Origin: Acidiferrobacterales bacterium
GTDB lineage: Bacteria; Pseudomonadota; Gammaproteobacteria; Acidiferrobacterales; JAJDNE01
Direction: 5' to 3'
DNA: 59,968 nucleotides
NCBI GenBank assembly: GCA_036446455.1
Contig: JAZFSZ010000093.1
Coordinates: 1 to 59,968 of the forward strand
Under the pieces are notes generated by a model, which saw nothing but the letters and a program-made list of their open reading frames with translations, searched no databases and had not been told where the DNA came from. The position numbers and the translations under genes are program-made. The first letter of the stretch is position 1. Every line of letters starts with the position of its first letter. Positions 46,848 to 54,065 of this stretch are shown here, one piece after another.

Positions 46848-47261
46848 ATGAGTGATATCAGCATTTACAAAGAGGTGTTGATGGATCACTACCGCAATCC
46901 ACGCAATCGTGGTGACCTGACCGATGCCGACGTGGTGCGCCGCGGCAGTAATCCTCGTTGTGGTGATGATATTGAAGTGGGTGTGAATTTTGAAGATGGC
47001 ATGCTTGGCAAGGTAATGTTCCGTGGTCGCGGTTGTTCAATCTGTCTGGCTTCAGCCTCGATGATGACCGTGGCAGTGAGCGGCAAGAGTAAACGGGATG
47101 CCCATCAACTGGCAGAAGGCATGAAGACCTGGTTCAGCGCTGATGGTGGAGAACCTGCCAGGAGCTTGCAAGCACTGCAGGCGGTGCGCGGCTACTCCGC
47201 TCGCAAGCGTTGTGTATTACTGGCCTGGGAGGCACTGGATGATGCGCTTGCAGCTGAGTGA
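46848..47261 (+). CDS. sufU: SufU/IscU-like sulfur acceptor/scaffold protein
   Basis: 137 aa. YRNPRNRG...NPRCGDDI...GRGCSICLASASMM is typical of SufU (three Cys ligands). Confidence 0.8.
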   Translation: MSDISIYKEVLMDHYRNPRNRGDLTDADVVRRGSNPRCGDDIEVGVNFEDGMLGKVMFRGRGCSICLASASMMTVAVSGKSKRDAHQLAEGMKTWFSADGGEPARSLQALQAVRGYSARKRCVLLAWEALDDALAAE

Positions 47262-47415
47262 GGACATTTCATTCAGACCACTCACCCGTGAGCTGGTCAG
47301 TGGTCTGATCATGGCCTATTACCCGACACCAGACAGCAGGACTGCATTGTCGTTTACTGCCCTGTGTGGCATTCCTGTTGCGCTGCTATTTAATCTGTTG
47401 CTCAGACGAGGTTAA
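47239..47415 (+). CDS. Possible 58-aa protein with C-terminal hydrophobic helix (speculative)
   Basis: The ATG at 47239 has the SD GGGAGG 6 nt upstream. It overlaps the sufU 3' end by 23 nt. C-terminus is ALSFTALCGIPVALLFNLLL. No family recognised. Confidence 0.25.
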   Translation: MMRLQLSEDISFRPLTRELVSGLIMAYYPTPDSRTALSFTALCGIPVALLFNLLLRRG

Positions 47416-47555
47416 GCCCGTCACCATACATAAATAGCAGTCGTCATGTTTGCCGTTGGATGATGGGGCTGATATTAATGGACATGACCCTGGGGATGGA
47501 TGCTATGTCGGCCATTGCGAGTGCTGAATTCAGAGTATATTCGTAAAGGAACCTT

Positions 47556-48254
47556 ATGAATCCTGGAAATAAGAACGAAAACATTCACCTGCTGTGGCCG
47601 ACGCCAATCCTGCGCAAGAAGTTTGATCAGCATGAGTCTGTGAATCCAAAGTTGGCCAAACTGTTTTACAAACATCGTAGCAATGACAACAAGGCCGATG
47701 CACCAGTCTATTCCAGCGGCGATGATCTATTGATACGTTATGATGACCCAGCCCTGAATCAGCTGTTCAGCTTTATCTCTGAGAGTGTGTATGAAATCTC
47801 CAGCGCCATGAACAGCGAGATATGGAAACACAGTCGCTCGAAAAAGATGAATATGAACGTGGTCGGAGCATGGTTTCAGATCCAGAACGGACACGGTTAT
47901 CACGAAACCCATACCCACGGTAATTGTGCCTGGTCTGGGGTCTATTACATCCAGGTCGATAACGACGAAAAACGCGAAAGCAACAAAGAGCTGGGCGCCA
48001 TGAATGGCATTACCCGTTTCCACGGTCATTACATGGACATTATCGGCGGTGGCTACATGGATTCCGGCAATCTCTACCTGCAACACACCGGTTTTGATTC
48101 TAAGCCGGAAGAAGGCGTGCTGTGTGTCTTTCCCTCCCATGTCAAGCACATGGCCATGCCATATGTTGGCGACAAAGACCGCATCATTGTTTCATTTAAC
48201 GCCCAGGTTCACGGTGACCAGAGTGATGAGGTGTTTGATTACAGTTTTTATTGA
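47556..48254 (+). CDS. TIGR02466-like putative 2OG-Fe(II) oxygenase
   Basis: 232 aa. N-terminus LWPTPIL. His-rich facial-triad candidates YHETHTH and PSHVKH. SD AAAGGA. Confidence 0.6.
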   Translation: MNPGNKNENIHLLWPTPILRKKFDQHESVNPKLAKLFYKHRSNDNKADAPVYSSGDDLLIRYDDPALNQLFSFISESVYEISSAMNSEIWKHSRSKKMNMNVVGAWFQIQNGHGYHETHTHGNCAWSGVYYIQVDNDEKRESNKELGAMNGITRFHGHYMDIIGGGYMDSGNLYLQHTGFDSKPEEGVLCVFPSHVKHMAMPYVGDKDRIIVSFNAQVHGDQSDEVFDYSFY

Positions 48255-48880
48255 GTTGGGGAGCGTAGCCGAAGATGGAGTCGAGTCTGATTCTCGAAGT
48301 AGTTGGCGATCCAGTAGTCCACGCTGACGTAGCGGCCGCTGCCGATGAAAAACAGTGCCATCAGCATGATGAAGTAGGTGGCGGCGAACTCGATACCGTT
48401 GTTGAGCATAACGAAGCTGCCATTCTCGGTAAGCCAATCGTAATTGCCATGTTGTTTTAGTAAATCTTTGGCGGCAGCGAGACGCTCAAGACCCCCCGAA
48501 ACACGTTCAGAGCCAAACAGCCATAAACTACCATCAGCTATGGCGAGCCAGCCATTTTTTATGTGTACAGAGAATGCAGCGACCAGCATGATGATCATAA
48601 GCGGAACGGATATCCAACGAACGGCAAAACCAAAAATCAAAAATACCGCGCCAGCAAGTTCAGTGGAAATGGCGAGAAAGGCCAGTATTTCAGGAAAGGG
48701 TAGTCCAAGACCCCAATCCGGATTGCCAAACCACGAAACCGTGTTATCAAAGTGGCCGAACTTATTCATTCCTGCCATCAGGAAAATAGGTGCGAGATAT
48801 AAGCGAAGTGCGAGCGGCGCGAGAAAATCGGCCTGTCGGGTTTTATTGAGCAGTTCCTGGACCTTGAGTAGCATGTCCAT
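48248..48880 (-). CDS. DoxX-family membrane protein (fourth gene of the MNIO RiPP cluster; HvfX/bufferin DoxX-like)
   Basis: The ATG at 48880 has the SD AGGAGAAACAG. Four TM helices with a DoxX-type N-terminus (LALRLYLAPIFLMAGMNKF). Confidence 0.75.
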   Translation of the reverse strand: MDMLLKVQELLNKTRQADFLAPLALRLYLAPIFLMAGMNKFGHFDNTVSWFGNPDWGLGLPFPEILAFLAISTELAGAVFLIFGFAVRWISVPLMIIMLVAAFSVHIKNGWLAIADGSLWLFGSERVSGGLERLAAAKDLLKQHGNYDWLTENGSFVMLNNGIEFAATYFIMLMALFFIGSGRYVSVDYWIANYFENQTRLHLRLRSPTQ

Positions 48881-48959
48881 CTGTTTCTCCTGGAATCTTT
48901 TTGTATTTGCAACTGATGGAATCAGACACTTAAGTGGCAATGAAGTTCATCGCCCGTAA

Positions 48960-49754
48960 TTAAAAGTTTTTGGTGACGCCCAATACAATATCGTGTGATT
49001 TGAGATTGTTCAGAATCTCCATGCCGCCGTCAATCACCACCGCCGGATCGGCGTGCTGCATCTCGCTGGCCAGCTCCTGAAGCACGTGCTCACTTGTTAA
49101 TTGTCCATCCTGCTGGAGACGGTTTAATAACACCGTTGTCATTGGATTGATTTCTATAAATCCTACTTCGTCTTTCAAGTCACGATAAACGATGATATTG
49201 GTGGGCTGTTCACCCGGCTTCTTTGGTTGAAAATCTTTACTGATTTGGTGCACTGGGTATTCATAGCTCAATATCCATGCAAGTGGTGAAATAACGGGGT
49301 GACCTGACAGCAATTCACCGTCTTTGTCGATGCAGTCCCAGTCAATTTGTTCATTTGATTGTAATGCCGCCAGCTCCATCCATTCGTAGTGCGCCAGCTC
49401 CACCATGAAGTTTGGGTCACTAGCTTGCGGGCGCCTGACATGGTTTAAATATTTCAGGAACTCGGCCGGTAGCTGCGGGAACAACGGTGTTTCAGCACGA
49501 TGATTGGCAAAATAGTCCTGCAGCAACTTTTGCCAGCGATCTTCGCCGAGGATTTCCTTCAGCACCGGGAAACTGGATGTCATGAAGTCTTCTATATTAT
49601 TGAAGAAAAGCTCGCGATATATTGCCATGCGGCGATCTTCGATTTCCGGTGGACGTGGGTTGTTCTGCGGATCCCTTATATAGGCCGCAAATTCATATTG
49701 CTTTTTCGTGAAATTGTTTCGCTCAGACGGACTGTGCGACTTGCTGGTGTTCAT
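48960..49754 (-). CDS. hvfC: DUF2063-family partner protein of the MNIO enzyme (HvfC/BufC-like)
   Basis: About 264 aa from the ATG at 49754, which overlaps the HvfB stop by 32 nt. N-terminal FAAYIRDP motif and overall DUF2063 pattern. Confidence 0.75.
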   Translation of the reverse strand: MNTSKSHSPSERNNFTKKQYEFAAYIRDPQNNPRPPEIEDRRMAIYRELFFNNIEDFMTSSFPVLKEILGEDRWQKLLQDYFANHRAETPLFPQLPAEFLKYLNHVRRPQASDPNFMVELAHYEWMELAALQSNEQIDWDCIDKDGELLSGHPVISPLAWILSYEYPVHQISKDFQPKKPGEQPTNIIVYRDLKDEVGFIEINPMTTVLLNRLQQDGQLTSEHVLQELASEMQHADPAVVIDGGMEILNNLKSHDIVLGVTKNF

Positions 49755-50583
49755 TTCTCGCACTCCACTGTTTTTGTAATGCCACAATCCGGTCAATTTC
49801 TGTAAGGAGTTCAGACAGTGGCGGAATGTTGAAATCGCGTTCAACCATTGTTGGCATCACGCCGAAAAATTCGTAGGCCTTGTCCAGCAGTCTCCACACC
49901 GGATCGATAATATCGGCACCGTGGGTGTCGACAAGCAGGTCTTCTGCTTCATTGTAATGGCCGGCAATGTGGACGTAGGCTATGCGGTCGCCCGGTAACT
50001 GCTTGAGGAATTCCTCTGCATCGTAACGGTGATTAACGCTATTGACGTAAATATTGTTTACATCGAGCAGGAAATCGCAATCGGCTTCTCCCAGCACCGC
50101 GTTTATGAAATCAATTTCTTCCATTTCCTGACCCGGTGCGGCGTAATAGGAAACATTTTCCATAGCAATACGCTGGCCAAGGAAGTCCTGAACTTGCCGG
50201 ATGCGGTCGGCGACGTAGTGCACGGCCTCTTCAGTAAAGGGAATGGGCATGAGGTCGTAGAGATGACCATCATCACTGCAGTAACTCAAATGCTCACTGT
50301 AGTAGAGAATGTTGTGCTGCTTCAGAAAGTCTTTGACTTGCTGTAGAAAATTAAAATCAAGTGGTGACGGGCTGCCAATGGAAAGCGACAGGCCGTGGGT
50401 AATAAAGGGATAACGTTCAGTGAACGCACTGAATTTTTTGCCGTAGCGGCCGCCGAGATTGATCCAGTTCTCCGGGGCAACTTCAAAAAAATCGATCTGG
50501 GCAGGAGCCTGATCCTCAAGCGGGCCCATGAGGGCCCGTTTGAGTCCAAGTCCGGCACCATGAACGGGATAATCTTTGATCAT
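49723..50583 (-). CDS. hvfB: DUF692 / MbnB-like multinuclear non-heme iron oxidase (MNIO) RiPP maturase (HvfB-like)
   Basis: 286 aa. N-terminus GAGLGLKR...IDFFEVAPENW and the HGLSLSIGS, SEHLSY, ENVSYY and DVNNIYVNS strings typical of the DUF692 TIM barrel. Confidence 0.85.
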   Translation of the reverse strand: MIKDYPVHGAGLGLKRALMGPLEDQAPAQIDFFEVAPENWINLGGRYGKKFSAFTERYPFITHGLSLSIGSPSPLDFNFLQQVKDFLKQHNILYYSEHLSYCSDDGHLYDLMPIPFTEEAVHYVADRIRQVQDFLGQRIAMENVSYYAAPGQEMEEIDFINAVLGEADCDFLLDVNNIYVNSVNHRYDAEEFLKQLPGDRIAYVHIAGHYNEAEDLLVDTHGADIIDPVWRLLDKAYEFFGVMPTMVERDFNIPPLSELLTEIDRIVALQKQWSARNEHQQVAQSV

Positions 50584-50602
50584 GGATTAAGTGCACGCGA
50601 AC

Positions 50603-50935
50603 TTATTTCTTGCCGCCGCACTTACCTTCGCCACATTGGCCTTCTTTCTTGCCTTTGTTCATATCTTTTTTCTTGGCGCCACAATGTGATTCACCATTTT
50701 TCTTGGCGCCGCAATGAGCTTCCTTACCCTTCATGCCACCACAACTGCCGGTTTTACTGCCTTTCTTCATGCCACCACAGCTACCGTCCTTAGCAGCGAC
50801 CTGGTAACCACTGGAAAGTGGGCTCATCGCAAAAGGGTTCTGGCCAGCGCTGACAACCGGGCTGGCAGCCATGGAAGTGATAAAGGTAGCGCCAATCGCT
50901 ACCGCCAACGCCTTGGGGGTATGTTTCTTAACCAT
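50603..50935 (-). CDS. hvfA: HvfA-like secreted RiPP precursor with six Cys-Gly motifs
   Basis: The ATG at 50935 has the SD GGAGA 8 nt upstream. Sec signal peptide ends ...PVVSA. Conserved NPFAMSPLSSGY leader element. Lys/Gly-rich core is GSCGGMK x2, HCGAKK x2, GQCGEGKCGG. Confidence 0.8.
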   Translation of the reverse strand: MVKKHTPKALAVAIGATFITSMAASPVVSAGQNPFAMSPLSSGYQVAAKDGSCGGMKKGSKTGSCGGMKGKEAHCGAKKNGESHCGAKKKDMNKGKKEGQCGEGKCGGKK

Positions 50936-50980
50936 ATTATTTCTCTCCATCAAATGTTGATATTGCTGTCTTTTAGTGAA

Positions 50981-50997
50981 AAAGTTTGAAAAACTTT
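50981..50997. promoter_or_regulatory. Palindrome AAAGTTT-GAA-AAACTTT upstream of the precursor gene (candidate operator)
   Basis: Perfect 7-bp inverted repeat 46-62 nt upstream of the hvfA ATG. It overlaps a possible -35-like TTCAAA on the minus strand. Confidence 0.25.
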
Positions 50998-51133
50998 AAA
51001 TTTGAGACACTTCAATACTGTCAGTCGGGTTGCCAGACAGATTATGGCCCCCTTGATCTGCACTCTCCGTAGCGCTCGAATGAGTCTGACTCTCAGGTAT
51101 CAGGAAAGTTTCAAAAAGACTAGTTAATGTGGA

Positions 51134-51577
51134 TTATCTGGCGGAAGTGCCAGGATTTATGTCAATGCAGGACAGATAACTATCTTCGTCGGGCGCGCTT
51201 CCCTGGCGCTGTGCTTGCCATAACATCTCAGCGAGGCATTCCATAATAATGTGTTGCGCTTCATGGGCGTCACCCCGTTTTTTTGCGAGTGCCTCAAATC
51301 TGGATTTGATGCCCAAGGGTCGGTCCATGCCCAGCTGTTCTTCAATGGTGACGTGCATGCCCATGTGCAAAAACGGGTTGGTTGCGCCGTGCTCGGGCAG
51401 GTAGTCCTTGTCTGCAAACTGATCCGGTTGTTCCAGCAGGTTGTGATATTCCGGATGCTGCAGTGCCACTTGCACAATGACGCCCTCAACTCCTTCGAGC
51501 TGTTTTTTATCGAGGTATTTTCGCCAGGCAGAGAAGAATATCTGGCGTGATTCCTGACGCGATCCGGCAAAAAGCAT
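51134..51577 (-). CDS. DUF1841-family protein
   Basis: 147 aa. FFSAWRKY...NPFLHMGMHVTIEEQL...EAQHIIMECLAEMLW matches my memory of DUF1841. Confidence 0.65.
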   Translation of the reverse strand: MLFAGSRQESRQIFFSAWRKYLDKKQLEGVEGVIVQVALQHPEYHNLLEQPDQFADKDYLPEHGATNPFLHMGMHVTIEEQLGMDRPLGIKSRFEALAKKRGDAHEAQHIIMECLAEMLWQAQRQGSAPDEDSYLSCIDINPGTSAR

Positions 51578-51580
51578 AAG

Positions 51581-52678
51581 TTAATTATCGATCTTATAAA
51601 GACCCAATATGGTTGAGTACTGGTAGAGATGGTTTTCTGCATCCAGCGGGCCGATTTCGCCATTGCCGTAAAAACCAATAGTCGGCAGGCCAGGACAGGC
51701 GGCCTGCAGGATCTCCAGATCACGATCGCGGTTGCCATAGAAATTGGGACCGCGACCCATGCATGGAAACAGAAACGCGAAATCCGGCGAATCGCCCAGT
51801 TGTTGCTGCGCGCGTTTGACTGTTTGCTTCATCTCGCGTTCGGCTGCCAGCGTATCGCGCATGGCCCAGAAGAGAGACTCGCCAGGGCTCAATCGATCGG
51901 AAAGTGTGATCGACTGCTTGCTGAGGTTGGCCGAGATAATATGGTTCAGTCGATAGCGTCCCGCACTGATGGCCGTGGCCGGGTCCCCAAAAGTGACACC
52001 CCCGATCAAAAGGTGTAGCGGTATATGCTTCTGCTGCCGCACCGCTTCCGGTAGTGAGCGTACCAGCACATTAAGTGCCGGGTAATTACCGAGACGTATC
52101 AGGTCGTGTCCCTCCACTTCGGCGACCTTGATTGGTGCGGTAAGCGCACGCACGCCCTGCGACACCGTCACGGCACTGCGTGTTTGACGGATACGGACCT
52201 CCACCCGACCGCTTTCGTTATCGCGGCTGCCACTCCAGACTTTGAATGGCCCTTTTCCAAAGGGATCACCGGAAATGGCGCCAATTCGTGTTGCCGGAAT
52301 GTCTAACCAATTGCTATCCAGTCCAGCGGGTGTGCACAAGCTGATGATGCTGTCGGAATCGTCATTGTAATCGTGGACGGGATCGAGTTGCAGATCGCCG
52401 CCAAACACCATGGCTGCGGCGCCCGGGCTATCCAGTAGCCACTCATCTTCAGTAAGTATGCCGGTGCCGGTACAGCCAATCACTTGCATGCTGCCGGCAG
52501 TGCGCGCTGCAGCGCGCAGGGCCGGTTCGGGATCAGCAGCATATTCGTGGGTAAGAAACACAAACGCGCCGTTAGCGCGTGTTAGTTTTGCGCGTTCAAG
52601 CGCAATCCGCACCGCCTCAGCGGCATGCCCAGAATCGGGTTTGCCTCCGTGACTCAAGCCTGTAGCGACGGCAGTCAT
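51581..52678 (-). CDS. FIST-domain (FIST_N plus FIST_C) sensory protein
   Basis: 365 aa. The pattern resembles FIST proteins (...FLFPCMGRG...FYGNGEIGP at the C-terminus). Its start overlaps the nth stop by 4 nt. Confidence 0.65.
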   Translation of the reverse strand: MTAVATGLSHGGKPDSGHAAEAVRIALERAKLTRANGAFVFLTHEYAADPEPALRAAARTAGSMQVIGCTGTGILTEDEWLLDSPGAAAMVFGGDLQLDPVHDYNDDSDSIISLCTPAGLDSNWLDIPATRIGAISGDPFGKGPFKVWSGSRDNESGRVEVRIRQTRSAVTVSQGVRALTAPIKVAEVEGHDLIRLGNYPALNVLVRSLPEAVRQQKHIPLHLLIGGVTFGDPATAISAGRYRLNHIISANLSKQSITLSDRLSPGESLFWAMRDTLAAEREMKQTVKRAQQQLGDSPDFAFLFPCMGRGPNFYGNRDRDLEILQAACPGLPTIGFYGNGEIGPLDAENHLYQYSTILGLYKIDN

Positions 52679-53310
52679 TCCTCTACTTTATCGCCATACT
52701 CACATAAATCATAGATGACACAGCTGCCGCACCGGGGCTTGCGCGCTATACAAGTGTATCGTCCGTGCAGAATCAGCCAGTGGTGGGCATCGTGTTTAAA
52801 TTCATCTTTCACCACTTTCATCAATTTATCTTCTACTGCACGTACGGTTTTTCCGGGGGCAATGCCGATGCGGTTGGAGACGCGGAAGATGTGTGTGTCT
52901 ACTGCAATAACCGCTTCGCCGAAGGCGGTGTTGAGCATGACATTGGCGGTTTTGCGGCCCACACCCGGCAGTGCTTGCAGTTGTTCACGTGTGCTCGGTA
53001 CCTTGCCATTGTGTTCATCCACCAGAATCCGGCAGGTTTTGATGATGTTGGCGGCTTTGGTGTTATAGAGCCCAATGGTTTTGACATGGGATTTCAATTT
53101 GCGCAGCCCCAGGTCGAGAATGCCCTGGGCGGTCTTTGCATTTTTGAACAGATTTTTAGTGGCAAGGTTGACACCCTTGTCTGTCGCCTGGGCCGACAGG
53201 ATAACGGCAACGAGTAACTGAAAAGTGTTGCCGTGCCTGAGCTCTGTTGTCGGGCGCGGATTGGCCTTACGCAGGCGCTCGAATATTTTTCGCCGCTTGG
53301 CCGTATTCAT
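52675..53310 (-). CDS. nth: Endonuclease III
   Basis: 211 aa. HhH-GPD (LPGVGRKTANV) and C-terminal 4Fe-4S cluster loop CIARKPRCGSCVIYDLC. Confidence 0.92.
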   Translation of the reverse strand: MNTAKRRKIFERLRKANPRPTTELRHGNTFQLLVAVILSAQATDKGVNLATKNLFKNAKTAQGILDLGLRKLKSHVKTIGLYNTKAANIIKTCRILVDEHNGKVPSTREQLQALPGVGRKTANVMLNTAFGEAVIAVDTHIFRVSNRIGIAPGKTVRAVEDKLMKVVKDEFKHDAHHWLILHGRYTCIARKPRCGSCVIYDLCEYGDKVEE

Positions 53311-53960
53311 TTTGCCTCTCGCCTATGTTTGTCACGTTCTACTGCAGCACGAATTTCGGCGCGAATGCGTTCACGTTGGGAAACAGCCTTGGCCTTTCTT
53401 TTTTGGGCTCGCTGTCGGGCGATGGATTGCAGGCGACGCAATCTGAGTACGGTATTCTTATGGGCTTGTCTCACATCGTTTTGGGCATACTCGGGCCAGG
53501 GTGCAGTGGAAGTGGTTTGGTGAATAGAGTCGCCCACCAGATAAATGCAGTCTACCGGGCAGACTGGCAGGCACAACTCACAGCCGGTACATAGATCTGG
53601 CAGAACGGTATGCATTCGCTTGGCGCGGCCAATAATGGCGTCCACCGGACAGACCTGGATACACAGTTTGCATCCGATGCATTGTGACTCAATGATGACC
53701 GCAAGCACACGCGGTTCGTGTACCCCGCATTCCGGATCCAGTGGCTCCACTTGCTGTTCCAGAAGATTTGCCAGGCCATTAATGGTGGTATTGCCACCGG
53801 GAGGGCAGCGATTAATCCCGGTTTCGCCGCGATAAATCGCTTTTGCATAATCACGGCAGCGAGGATAACCGCAACGCGTACACTGGGTCTGGGGAAGCCA
53901 CGTGTCTATGGCGTGGATGGAGCGCTTGAGGTCGCCGGCAAAATCTGGGCTGTCTGACAT
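53307..53960 (-). CDS. RnfB/RsxB-like soluble ferredoxin (no membrane anchor)
   Basis: The ATG at 53960 gives MSDSPDF.... N-terminal Cys cluster CTRCGYPRCRDY...CPPGG. Two 4Fe-4S motifs, CIGCKLCIQVCP and CTGCELCLPVCP. Basic C-terminal tail. Overlaps the nth start by 4 nt. Confidence 0.75.
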   Translation of the reverse strand: MSDSPDFAGDLKRSIHAIDTWLPQTQCTRCGYPRCRDYAKAIYRGETGINRCPPGGNTTINGLANLLEQQVEPLDPECGVHEPRVLAVIIESQCIGCKLCIQVCPVDAIIGRAKRMHTVLPDLCTGCELCLPVCPVDCIYLVGDSIHQTTSTAPWPEYAQNDVRQAHKNTVLRLRRLQSIARQRAQKRKAKAVSQRERIRAEIRAAVERDKHRREAK

Positions 53961-54065
53961 GGCGCGAGTATGGCCACAGGTCGGGGCGAATGCAATGCTG
54001 TTAAAAGAAGCATGGGCGCCCACATCCCAAGGCGCTACACTAGCCTTTCGGGGTGTAATTAACGG

